Assembly: GCA_900088475.1 (NCBI GenBank)
Contig: FLMG01003917.1
Location: forward strand, 1-64,000
Length of the DNA: 64,000 nt
Direction of reading: 5' to 3'
Source: Hyphochytrium catenoides
Lineage: Eukaryota; Protista; Hyphochytriomycota
Shown: in pieces, positions 1 to 11,573 of the stretch
Position numbering within the stretch: position 1 is the first letter of the stretch
How the letters are laid out: the number at the start of each line of letters is the position of its first letter
Made by a program: the position numbers and the translations under genes
The notes under the pieces: model-generated
Seen by the model: the letters and a program-made list of their open reading frames with translations, nothing else
What the model was told of the DNA's origin: nothing
Database searches by the model: none

Positions 1-32
1 GAGAGAGACAGAGAGAGAGACAGAGAGAGAAA

Positions 33-63
<31 letters not shown>

Positions 64-70
64 GGAAGAG
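1..70. repeat. (GA)n microsatellite
   Basis: Imperfect GA dinucleotide run at the start of the window. Confidence 0.95.
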
Positions 71-1174
71 AGGAAGCTGCTGGTTGAAGTTCTGATGATG
101 TTGCCCAACCTCTTCTCTCCTGCTCCCATCAACGTCTCCGTCGTAGCGGAAGTACACGACTAACAACAACGGACGTACATCCAGAGGTCGAACGCAGTGT
201 AACGGTCCTGATGATAGGTCAGGCAGCAGGGCCGCAGGAGGGAAGGAGGAGGGAGGATGACCAGTCCATCAGCCTTCTTCCACTTCTTTCTTTCCCGCCA
301 GCGGTGGAGGCACTGGCTACCTTAGGGCGAGGAAGGCCTTGAAACCGCCAGTGATGCTGCTGCTGCTGCCTGCGCGCTGGGACCGCTTGCATGCTCCTCA
401 TCAGGAGTAAGGCTGACTATAGATCGGTAACGGAGGCAATGGTCCTCTTCTCGTGTTGTTCATTATTCGTCGTGGGGAAAGGTGGTGGTGGTGGCAGAGA
501 AGGAGCAGGATGTAGCTGGGCGAGGGCTTGATTATCAGGAGGAACGACTTCTTGAATGCTGGGAAGCAAAGCAGTGTGATGAGGATGGAGGACGAACAGG
601 CTGCTTATTACTCCTGTCACTCGTCCTCCTACTAGCTGGGGCAGGCGGATGAAGAAGTATGACAGCGGCCATGGCCAATTTGGTCGTCTATTCCTACGGA
701 TACGTATAGTTGAAGCACAATTTTCGTTCCAAACTACCTCGCTGTCCCTTCATGGGAACAGCTCCTCCTCTCTCTCTGGTAGTAGTCAAAGCGATAAAGT
801 CCTTGGCGACGAATCTAACCTGCCCAAATATCTCGACCTCGATTGTCCGTGCTTATCACCAGCTGGAAGGAGGAGATGATAATGCAAACTTCGCTGCTGA
901 CTGGGAATGGTAGGCGGTAGATGGTCGGAAGGCGGTACTCCAGGCCTTTTACAATTCCGTACTTTAGAAGCAAATGATTTCCTAGTCCTCGCACCTCAGG
1001 CACGCTCCTCAGGCACTTTCTTCTTCAACAACTGCGGCCGCCCGTCGCATCTAGCCGATGGCAGCCTACGCTCCTGGCGGCTAAGCTGAACCATAGTGTT
1101 GTGACTATTCAGATCATCCAGCAACCCCACGCGCTCCTGTGTTCCCTCGCGATAGTTGCAATCTTTTGAGGAGA

Positions 1175-2452
1175 ATGGCAGACTTGCACAGCGCCGCTGC
1201 ACTGTGCCTTCCACTGATTGGCTACCTACAACGTGAGCCCAATCTCGACGAAAGGATGGCGAAGCACCTGGTCGACGCTCGGACAGAGATCAGCAAGGCA
1301 CTCAACCGCTATTACCTGACGTCCTCCGTTGTTGCAGTCAAAACTCAGTCATCATTGCGAAAGAAAGAAGTTAAACGCGAGACTCACAATGCTCTATCTT
1401 CCGCTAGTGTTGCCCCAGCGGAACTCAACCATGATGACCAGAAGAACCGCGAGAACAAAGAGCAGTCTAGAAGGGGAGATCAAGCCAACAGCGGTCAACA
1501 GCGGCGCAAAAAGCTTCGGGCAATGGTGGCCGTGAGATCGTTTGAACAACTCACATTAGAGGAAAGTAACGAGACACTGCTGGAGAGATTGCTAGGAGCA
1601 AAAATGTATAAACTCGTGTGGCGTTGGAAGCTGCTCTTCGGGCCGCTATCATGGATGTCTTTCGCAGCTATCGTTGCTTGCGTCTTCACCTACATCTTTC
1701 TCCCAGAGTCGTCTTCATCTCACGGCTGGGTCTTGATGCTCAGTTGCTACCCTGGCGTACTCTGGTTGCTCATACGTAACGCCGCTAGTTCTAACTTCTC
1801 CCTGCTAGTTCGCGCTTTGGGGACCTTTGAAGTCTTCCTCTTTCTCCTGGAAGTTACTCTCTTCGCCCTAGGGCTGTTTGGCATTTTTTGCTTCACCCTC
1901 TCTGGAGCGCTCTTTGCCATGATAGCCGTGCTGTCCATCTGTGCAGGATTCATCCTATACGATGCTTTCCCTGTTTCTATGAGGAGAGCAGTGAAGTACA
2001 TGTTCCTTATCTGGAGCGCCTTTGTTCTGTCTGTTTTGGCCATTGTCTACTTTCGCCTTCCAGCCCAGATGTGCTCCTATCGATGGAACTGGACCGAGGG
2101 ACTCAAGGATGAGTCTATTGGTACAACTAACGGCAAGAAGGGTAACTGGGGCTTTTCCGTCCTTGAGTTTGGAATCAATCGAGGCTTCTCGGTGCTGATG
2201 CTGATGATAAGGACGACAGTACTTGCCTTCAAACATCCTCAGGACTGTATATTCCTTAGAAGCCGCATCCGTATTATGGAAGTGGCCTCGGTAGGCGAAA
2301 CTTGCGCACGCGAGAGGTATGACTTTGATAGCTGTCAACACCCTACTCCGGCAACAACAGCAGAACTTAGAGCCCCAGACCTCTCTCCTACGTCTTTTGC
2401 ATCGATGGATCCGTCCGTTCCCGTGACATTGGCAGGGAGGCGCCCAGGTTAG
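1175..2452 (+). CDS. Intronless multi-pass membrane protein of unknown function
   Basis: Open frame of about 425 aa from ATG 1175 (MADLHS...). It has a hydrophilic N-terminus, about 6-7 hydrophobic segments (e.g. WMSFAAIVACVFTYIFL, FEVFLFLLEVTLFALGLFGIF, FLIWSAFVLSVLAIVYF) and an S/P/T-rich tail. Confidence 0.75.
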   Translation: MADLHSAAALCLPLIGYLQREPNLDERMAKHLVDARTEISKALNRYYLTSSVVAVKTQSSLRKKEVKRETHNALSSASVAPAELNHDDQKNRENKEQSRRGDQANSGQQRRKKLRAMVAVRSFEQLTLEESNETLLERLLGAKMYKLVWRWKLLFGPLSWMSFAAIVACVFTYIFLPESSSSHGWVLMLSCYPGVLWLLIRNAASSNFSLLVRALGTFEVFLFLLEVTLFALGLFGIFCFTLSGALFAMIAVLSICAGFILYDAFPVSMRRAVKYMFLIWSAFVLSVLAIVYFRLPAQMCSYRWNWTEGLKDESIGTTNGKKGNWGFSVLEFGINRGFSVLMLMIRTTVLAFKHPQDCIFLRSRIRIMEVASVGETCARERYDFDSCQHPTPATTAELRAPDLSPTSFASMDPSVPVTLAGRRPG

Positions 2453-4334
2453 CCATTGCTGCTGGACGCAGGTCCTAGCAGAAGTCATTTCCAGGTCCTG
2501 TCCTTTATGCTTACGCCGTCACTGACGAGGAGTCTCAGTCTATCAATTCCGCTCATGCTACTTCAGCGTGTTATTACGAGGTTAAAAATTCAACCAGAAG
2601 AGGCACTGAGGTCACTGCGATGACCTTACCACATTAGATTACCTAGGCTGGGAATGACGGCTAGGTAGTAGACTAAATGCCTGATGTTATGCGGCCTCAC
2701 GATACAAGTTTCGCTAAAGGGGAAGGGGGCTCCCTAGCTTCATGTCGAGGACATCCACGACGGTGCGCTTTGTTGGAATTTACATCTTCCAATGGTGACC
2801 TCATCAGCCACTACAGCTCCTGCTTTCATTTTACACGTCTCTCTGCTGTTGTGAAAAACTTCTTCGAGTACTACGTTTCGTCTGCTAAACGTACTAGCAC
2901 TGGCCCTGCAAAAGGTTTCTGGAAAGCCAACCAGCGATGCCCAATATCATCATGCATACGACCGTCTGGGGCTGTGCATCACCCGTGATAGGATGGACAA
3001 AAGAGACTACTCCATTTCTTACCGACACGGGAAAGTGTCCATTGCAGACTGCATGATAGCACGCCTAGTGTTCGCAATAGCGTTAATTGAGGATGAGCAC
3101 CACTTCCGACAATTAGCTACTACTATGTGGCGGGCAGTAAGGAGTTCATGAAAACTCGCCGGAGCGAGGGAGAAGAGAAGCGGCTCTGAGCAAAGAGAGC
3201 AGAACTTAACACCCAGGAAAGAATGGGCGAGACGTTATCACCAGCCACAAGAGGGATGGCGAGGTATCGGAGGCATGTAGCGTACAGAGCCATCGTCCGA
3301 CATATATCTATTATATATGGACGTAGCTCTTTTCTCCTATTTCCTGGCGGTATCCGTCACCTTTCTCTAAATAGACAATCTTATTCCTGCCTTCCTTGGG
3401 CGAACAAGAGGAGGCACGAGAAGGAAGTTCACTATGGGAGGCACTTGCCAGGAGCATCATAATATCAGTCAGGACCGGAATAACCGTCGCCTCAGCCTTC
3501 AGTTGACTAGTCCTTCCTCCTGGACTCAGCGTCCTTCCGACACTACGACTGACTCCACTATCCCCGGCGGGCAAGTGAGAAGAGATGGTGCACTTTCTGT
3601 TGCCTCGTCCTCCACTACTACTTGTCCTGCTAGGGGCAGCTCTTTATATATTATGGTTCCGTTCTCCTCTCTCTCTCATATATGCACGAAAGCAAAAGAG
3701 TCACTGCGCCCATCATCAAGCCTTCTCCCTTCTCTTGAAAGCCCATACATGGATAATGACTGATCTTCCATATAACCAGGGGCGGAGGATGAAGATCCAC
3801 GCAGCCGTGGACAGAGTTGTCCAAGGCTTGCCGCGCTCCGCGATGGACGCTGATTAGCCGTTAGAGGCTATAGTGCCGTGTTTTGAAAGTAGTGGCAAAG
3901 GTGTTTTCCCGCCAACCACCTCATGGGCCAAAATCTCTCTTCCTCTCTGTCTCGCATTCACTTTTCCCCTAGAGTACTCTTTCTTATGCTAAAAGACTCC
4001 CTAGTCACCTCTCTCTGTCCCTCTGTCTCTGTTGCGTGAACTAGGTTGACCACATCCCTTCGCTTTGTTATCTTCCTGCTGTGTATGTAAAGTAAAGCAG
4101 TCAGAAAGGTGAAGATGAAGCCTCTCCGCAGTCTCTCAGCTCGCAGCTTGAGACAGGCCAAGAAGGGTTGCTATTAGGCGTTCTCCAGTTCTCCAGCAGC
4201 GGCGCCACCCTTGGGCGCTCTTCTCAAACGCCGCTCTACTTCTGACTTTTGCCGTACCGTCTATCGACTTCGTCCTTGCATGTCCTCAATGCAAGCTGGT
4301 AATTGAAGCGTATACCGAGAACCAAGGGCGACAA

Positions 4335-7300
4335 ATGAAGACAGAGACGAAGGTAAGAAGGATGAAAAACTATCGGACGGTTTGTGGCTCTAGCCTGGGC
4401 GAGGAAGTAAGGGGTGGTGTGGTCTTTTGCCCTAGCAACAAGTGGAGAAGAAAGCTAAAGAGAACCTATCTCTAGGTCATCCGGCGTACACCGTAGAAAA
4501 GATCTAATATCTCTTTCTATTCGTCTGCGGTTCCAGGTGTTAGTGAAGGTGGAGGGGGCACCAGGGGCCATAAAGAACCTCAAAAGAGATCGCCAAAGCC
4601 TTATGCTGGGCGACAGTCTAGCCATGCGGATGACCGACGAGAACAGAAACGGTATGTCTATCCTCAATCGCTGCTTGTTCTCTAACTTGCCGCCAGTATC
4701 ATCCATCTCTGCTTCTGTTTTGCTCAAGTCTCCGTTGCTTCGTCTTTCTGCCGCGCGCCACAACTTTCTCGCCTCTCTCTCACTTCCTGTCTCAGTGCTT
4801 TCTTAATTGGTCTGTCACCTTTATTTGCATCTCCTCCCTTATCTCTCCGTATGTGTGCATGTTTGTCAATATCTAAGTGTAAGCCTTCTTCCGCAGGCAA
4901 TGTCAGCAGAGCAGAAACCGGCACGGCTCTGGCCCTTAAGGAGGAGAAGCTTTTCTCTATAGCTGGAAGAAAGAGCGGCACGCCTGGCTTTCTTCAAGAC
5001 AAAATCCGGGAATCGAATCGGCGTATCGAGAGATATACACAGCTAAAAGATTGGCACATGAAGATCTTTCTTACCAAGCATGCAGCTCTGATATGTAGCT
5101 TTTGGGAGGAGCAGAAGCAAGCGACAGAGACGACTCAATGGCAAAAGATTAAGGCTCTAGGCACAGGGAGTCTCTTCATTAAGGGTGAGCTAGAGACAAT
5201 GCCTCGGTACGATATGAGCGGGAGCCAGCCAGACTTCATCGATGGCACTATGAGAGACTATCAGATTGACGGGCTGCAGTGGCTGTTGGATCTTGATGCA
5301 TCGCATGCCGCCGGGTAAGCGTCGCACCTTCGGCCGTTTGTACACCGGCTCCTTTCTATGTCGAGGTTCATTAGCGTTATGCCTCTTCTGTTAAGACCTT
5401 TTTGGTCTTCCGACGGGGCTGTAGAACGCCTCATATTATGCCTCCCTCTTTCCTACTATAGATTCTTTCCCACCCCTACATATTGTACATTCATCCTCGG
5501 AGCTTCTCGATTTAACTTCGTTGGCTTCCGTAGAATTCTGGGAGACGATATGGGCCTGGGAAAGACGCTTCAAACCTGCGCCTTTCTTGGTGTTATTGGG
5601 CAGAAAAGTCGCAACCGCGGACCGCATCTTGTCCTTTGTCCTCTTTCCGTTCTCGACACCTGGCGCCAAGAGTTAGCACGATGGGCGCCACATCTCAGGG
5701 TAAAGATATTCTACGCAAATGAGACGGAGAGAAACCGCTTGAAGACCGAGTTGGTGCCGGAAGAGTTTGATGTGTGCGTCTCTACCTATGAGATAGCACT
5801 GGCAGAGCAACGTTACCTGACCCATGCTTGGCGTTGGGACTGGGTGGTGTTGGATGAAGGCTCAAAGATCAAGGGCGCAGATACACAGGTATCTAGGGTG
5901 GTCCGAGGCTTGAGATCTTACGGTCGGCTCATCCTGACCGGTACTCCTATACAAAATAACATGGAGGAGCTTTGGCCTCTCATGCACTTTCTCTTTCCTC
6001 TTGCCTTCCCGGAAGAGAAGACCCGACAACGCTTTGCGGAAGCATATCGCTGGGAAGAGAGTGTGGAAGATGGGAAGCTGGTCAATGCCTGTTCTCAAAA
6101 TACAGCTGTCGTTATGGCAGCCCAATCTTTGCTGAAGCAAGTAATGCTGCGCAGGACGAAGCAAACAGTAGATCTACGCATCCCCGAGAAGATAGAGAAG
6201 CGCATTTTTCTACCTCTCACGCCGTTCCAATCTAACCTTTACCGGCAAATGTTGAACAAAGACGCAGGGCTCCTCAGTGTAGTAGGGAAGGGCTTCGGAG
6301 GTCAAGCTGCGGAATTTACGAAGCTCCACAACCTTTGTATCCAGTTAAGAAAGGTGACAGGCCATCCCTTCAGCCTCAAAGGGGTAGAACCTGCCGACTG
6401 TGACCTGGATATGTTGATTGAAGCTTCATCCAAGCTTGTCTTTCTCGAAAAACTCCTTCCTGAGATATTGCGAAGGAAGGAGAAAGTAGTCATTTTCAGC
6501 TGTTTCACCATGATGTTAGACTGTGTAGAGGACTACCTGACAGGTAGGGGCTTTCTCTTCTACCGCTTAGACGGCTCTACCCCTTCGGCTATGCGAACTT
6601 TTGCCATGAAGAACTTCTCCAAGCCTGACAGCATCAGTCGAGCCATTTTCCTCGTCAGCACAAGGGCAGGTGGCATGGGGCTGAACCTCCAGGCGGCCAA
6701 TCATGTGGTCTTTCTCGACTCCGACTGGAACCCAGCGATTGACTTGCAGGCACAGATGAGGGTTCATCGAATAGGACAGACCCGACCTGTTAACATGTAC
6801 AGATTGGTGTGCAAATCAACAGTGGAAGAGCGGATCTTGGCAGTGATGAAAGAGAAGCAGAAGCTTAGTGACCTGGTGATGGACGAAACTCTGGATACTG
6901 TCCAGGAGACAGAGCAGGCGGGAGAGATATCCTCTGGAGAGCTGGCTAAAGCTGTACTGTTTGGGGCAAAGAAGCAGCTTGGCATGGAGATCAGACAAGT
7001 GAAGGCTGATTTTGAACAGTTCAAAGCCGCCACTTTGGAAGAAATCGTGTCAGCTAAAGACAGTGACGTCGTAGAGAATGATGCAGAAGAAGAGCTCAAC
7101 ATCGACTTTCGCTTCTTTGAAGGGAAAGCGTCCAAACGTTGTGCATTTCAGGATGTAGCAGCAGAATGGGCGGAGGAACTCAAAAACGAGACCAGACAGT
7201 CTCGTGCTAAGAAGTCCACAACTGAACTCATGAACTTAGGTGACGGGCTGGGCATGATGGCTGTCAGCAGGTTTTCAATCGAGCAAGAGAAGCACAATGC

Positions 7301-8585
7301 GGCCTTGGAGAACCTCGCCGCCGAGAGGAGGAAAGAGAAAGAGAGAAACAAGCTGGCAGCAGTGCAGCACCGAGACTACTGCGCACTCTGCTTCGAGTCC
7401 GGACCACGAAATGAAGTTGTAGATTTCAGAGAATTTGAAAGCCGCTTCTCGTCCATGCTGAAAGGTGTGAGCGCTCCTAAACGACTGAAGAAGAGTCACA
7501 CTCGGGAGCTGCAGAAGTGTCAGAACTGCCCGGTCGCCTTCCATCTGACCTGCTTAATGCGTCACGGTCTACCCGGTGGCGCCCGCTGCTTCTCCCACAA
7601 TTGTGCAACCTGCCACAGAGGGGCGTCAGCAGTTGCTGGGATGATGTTCCGCTGCGTGGTATGCCATCACTCCTACTGCCAGGACCACTTGGACTATGAG
7701 AGGACCTATCCCGCTGACGAGAAAGAGGTCTTGGTCCCTCTTATTCAAGATCTCTACCTGAGGAAAGCAAGGATAGCGCAGAATGTTCAGTTTATCCACT
7801 GTGGGTGTGAGCACTGCGAGGTGAGTATCACGAATGAGCGGAAATGAGGCCTCGGCGTCAGGAAGCTGAGAAGACTATAGGTTAGCAGTCGGAGATGAGA
7901 GAAGACACATATCGTGGCGTGTTGGATTGAAGGTCGGGCTAGAGGGCCGATAGGAGGATGGGTGACAGAAGACGAGTAAGAAGAAGAGTATCGGAGAAAG
8001 ACGAGGGCATGATCATATTGCTTCCTTCTTCCATGCTATGCGGGAAGGCTGTTTAAGCTGACCCATCTGACATCTGCTTGCAGGTCTGTGGCAGTGGCGA
8101 TTCACTTCGCTCTAACCTCTTGGTCTTCTGCGACGGGTGCAACAAGGCTTTCCATCAACGCTGCGCCTCCATCCCGAGCCAGCAGCTGAATGTAGACTGG
8201 TAAGAGCGGCATTACTCTAGTTCTTGAAGAGATCGAGCACAAAGCCCACTACAAGCTCTTCTGGTCCATATATTTTTTTCCCTCTTCGTCATCGTCACTC
8301 TATCCTAGTAGATGCTTTTCAGTCGTTGCTATATTTCAGTCATTTATCTTCTGGGATCCTTCCTGCTAACTTCTTTGTCTATTTCTTGCCAGGTTTTGCA
8401 GCAGCTGTAGGCCCAGAGAACCATCCCCAGCTCCTTCCCCTTCGGGTCCAAATGGCCCAGGTTTTCCTTGTACGTCTACCACTCCGTCTATATCCTCATC
8501 GGAGCCAACGTTGCCCACCTCTTCCTCTACTCTCCAAGTCTCTCCGTCGTCTTCCGCGGATGTGATCCACATCATAGATATGTAA
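4335..8585 (+). CDS. SNF2-family (ISWI/HELLS-like) chromatin-remodelling ATPase with C-terminal PHD fingers; multi-exon, 5' end uncertain
   Basis: Motifs: MRDYQIDGLQWL, G|ILGDDMGLGKT (motif I across an intron), DEGS (II), LTGTPIQNN (III), LVSTRAGGMGLNL, DSDWNPAIDLQAQMRVHRIGQ (VI). A Cys/His-rich region follows. Splicing 7820|8084 and about 8200|8392 gives a PHD finger CE|VCGSGDS...FCDGCNKAFHQRC...W|FCSSC. Stop TAA at 8583-8585. Confidence 0.9.
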
Positions 8586-9089
8586 TAAGGCTCTTTAGAT
8601 ACCAAGGTTACAACATACACTCAGTTAAGCTCCACTTCTGTCTCTAGCTCAGTCGATGTGGCATGAGTGCGTGAAGAATGACTTGAAGGCTATAATTGCC
8701 ATAAAATCCTACTATCTCTGCGGACTAGCCAGCTTATGTCTTCATAGGTCATGAGGCTCTTCCTGTTCTTAACTCCTCCCTTGTGGACTCGTTCACATGG
8801 AGCTACTTGGAGTCTTGTCATGCATCAAACTCGGCAGTCATCGCATCGCATTCCACCGCTACCAAGAGGGAGAGACAGCCCTTTAGTCCCTTTATAGTTA
8901 CGTATCCTCTGCACGTCCATCGCCAACAAGGAGACGAGGCTGAATGACTTTGGGCCATCGATAACTCGGTCTATCATGGCATCGCAAGAGCTTCATCAGA
9001 ACTCCTGTTGTCTCATTGGACGAAAAGACCCTCTAATATACAAAACATGGATCCTTCCCTTCCTGTAAAATCCCTCTAAATTATGATCC

Positions 9090-9231
9090 TCTCTTTCTAT
9101 CTTTTCTCTCTCTCTCTCTCTCTCTGTCTCCCTGTCTCTCTATCTCCCTGTCTCTGTTTCTCTGTCTCTCGCTCTCGCTCGCTCACTCTTTGCTCTCTCT
9201 CCTCTCATTCACTCCTTGTTCTCTCTCTTTC

Positions 9232-9271
<40 letters not shown>

Positions 9272-9380
9272 TTTTTACACTCGGACCCTGTTCCTCCTCT
9301 CTCACATTCGCTCTCTCTCCCTCTGCCTCTCTCCGGCGTTCCTATCTCTCTCTTTCCTCTCCCTCTCCTCTCGTCTCTCT
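9090..9380. repeat. (CT)n-rich microsatellite / polypyrimidine tract
   Basis: Long imperfect CT repeat. It produces the spurious SL-repeat and RE-repeat ORFs in the track. Confidence 0.9.
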
Positions 9381-9736
9381 CACCTTTCCCAAAAGCGCCC
9401 CGCACGTTCCAACTCCCAACGGCTTTTTCCATCACTATCTCTGTCTTCGCGGCCCCTTCCCATCGTTTGCCTACATTGGAGCTGCTGAGCTCTGGCCTTT
9501 CCTTCGTACCTCGAACATACAGTCCAAGTCTCTACTGGTCCGCCAGCGCTAGAACCTTATCCCGGTGTTATCCAACACTCGCCGCCTCCTGGTCATCGCT
9601 GCTTGTTGCTCTCTCTTGCTCAGCACAACCTCCCTGCTCCTGCGTGTGAGCCATCATCCTAAATCTCCTGCATTAGAAAGAAGGAGACGCAACCACAGAG
9701 CAAGAAGCGCGCTAATTTATATAAACCACAAGGATA

Positions 9737-11573
9737 ATGTCCCTGAGTAAGGCGTTAGAAGATCTGGCAGAGGCCAATGCTGCGGCCGTCGGAGGAATCT
9801 TTTCCACCACAGTCCTCTTTCCTATTGAGCGCGTCAAGACGAAGCTCCAGGTAGAGGATTTATAGGATAAAACAAGGAGCAATAGCTAGCGCGAGAGGAG
9901 GGTATACACACGAGACAGAGAGTGTTATCATAAGGGAAGGCGGGTGCTTGACGAAGGACAGTGGTGAAAGAGAGCCTCTGACAACGTCCAACCGATGAAT
10001 GATTACAGGCGTCCGCCGCGCTTCCGCCTTCACCGACGAAAGGAAAGCGCGCAAGTCAGAAGAAGCCTGATACAGCTCTTCAGGTCCTTCAGGGCATCAT
10101 AGAGAAGGATGGTATCGCAGGACTCTTTAGGTAGGAAGGAGACTGCTGCGTAAGGAGACTGCTGCGTATCCGCCTACGCAAAGTAGCAAGCTGCTCTCCT
10201 CTGCCTACGGGCCACTCCCGACCACCATAGTCCCAGGAGTCCTAGGTTCATGCCTTGAGTCTTCTCCATTTTTCTTGATCCTGAATAGTGTCTGTGCCTT
10301 CATCGTGCTTCTCGCCCCTTCGCCTTTCCTATCGCAATAGTTGCTGAACATCAATGTCGCGACGTAGGGGCGTCAAGGTGAAGGCCTTAGAGTCCTCACT
10401 GGTCAAATTCATCTACTTCTACGTCTACGCCTTTTTGAAGCGCTTTTACACCGAGAGAGTAGGTCCGCTCAACACCCCGGCAAATCTGCTAATTGGTTAT
10501 CTGGCGGAGGCGCTACATCTTCCGATCACCCTCCCTTTGGAGGTGATTGCCACCAAGATGCAGACTAGCAGAGTGCCGCTAGGAGTGGCAGGAGCTGTCC
10601 AGGAGATCCTGAAAAGTGACGGACTGAAGGGATTCTACAAAGGCATAAGTGCCTACGTGACCCTCTGCCTGCAGCCTGCTATTCAGTACACTGTCTTTGA
10701 ACAGATCAAGACGGTTCTTCTGAAGAGGCAGACTGCCAAAAACCTCTCAGCCGTACAGGTAAGGACAACGTTATATGGTGAAGGCGGGACAGCGGGGAGG
10801 GCGAAGGAGGTCCATCTAGGTGGCTAGCTTGTCAGAGCTGGCTAGCCTGTTGTCCTGTGTGCTATTTGTTACCTTCCACGACGTATTGGCTGCTGCCAGA
10901 GGGCTGAGGCGTTGACTGTCGCTATAATACTTGCGTCTCCATTCTAGTCAGCTTAGGACAAAAACCGTTTTACTTTTGAAGTCAAGCTTTTCTGTCTAAC
11001 TCGCGCCCACTGCGCCATCGAATTCTTCCTTGTACATGATTCCAGGCTTTCCTGGTAGGCGCTTTAGCCCGTGCCATCTCTACCTTCATTATATACCCCT
11101 ACATTCGCGCCAAGGTCATGCTTCAAGCCGCAAAGGGAACGGGCGAAGGGGATAAGCCCTCTGGACCTCTCGGGATCATCAGGAAGACGATGGAGACTGA
11201 AGGAGTAGGACGACTTTACCAGGGCCTAGGACCTGAACTCTTCAGAGTACGTATCATGGCAGAGCTAACAGCGGGGAAAATGGTCAATCATTCACCCCTT
11301 CCGTAAGCTTTATGGTCACTTCCACGTCATGTCCGTATAGCGCTTTAGTTCCCGTATGAGCTCTCTCAAGTACTTTTTGTCTGTCTTGACATTTGCAGTC
11401 GCTTTTTAGCCATGCTTGGCATGTGTCCTGTCTCCTTTAATCCGGGGCTCTTCTTCTCCTTCCAGGGTGTCCTGTCGTCAGCTCTCATGCTGATGATGAA
11501 AGAGTCAATTCACCAATACAATCGCCTGTTCCTCTTGCGGTTCGCGGTGTTGACTACCGCCAAGTCCATTTAA
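9737..11573 (+). CDS. Mitochondrial carrier (SLC25) family protein, peroxisomal adenine nucleotide/cofactor carrier-like (PMP34/ANT1/PXN type); 5 exons
   Basis: Three carrier signature repeats PX[DE]XX[KR]: FPIERVKTKLQ, LPLEVIATKMQ, YPYIRAKV. Also DGLKGFYKG and LCLQPAIQYTVFEQIK, typical of the peroxisomal subgroup. GT-AG introns join the exons in frame. Stop TAA at 11571-11573. Confidence 0.88.

Noticed and set aside
9083-9649. ORFs of 76-188 aa with SLSL or RERE runs
   Set aside because: They are translations of the CT microsatellite.
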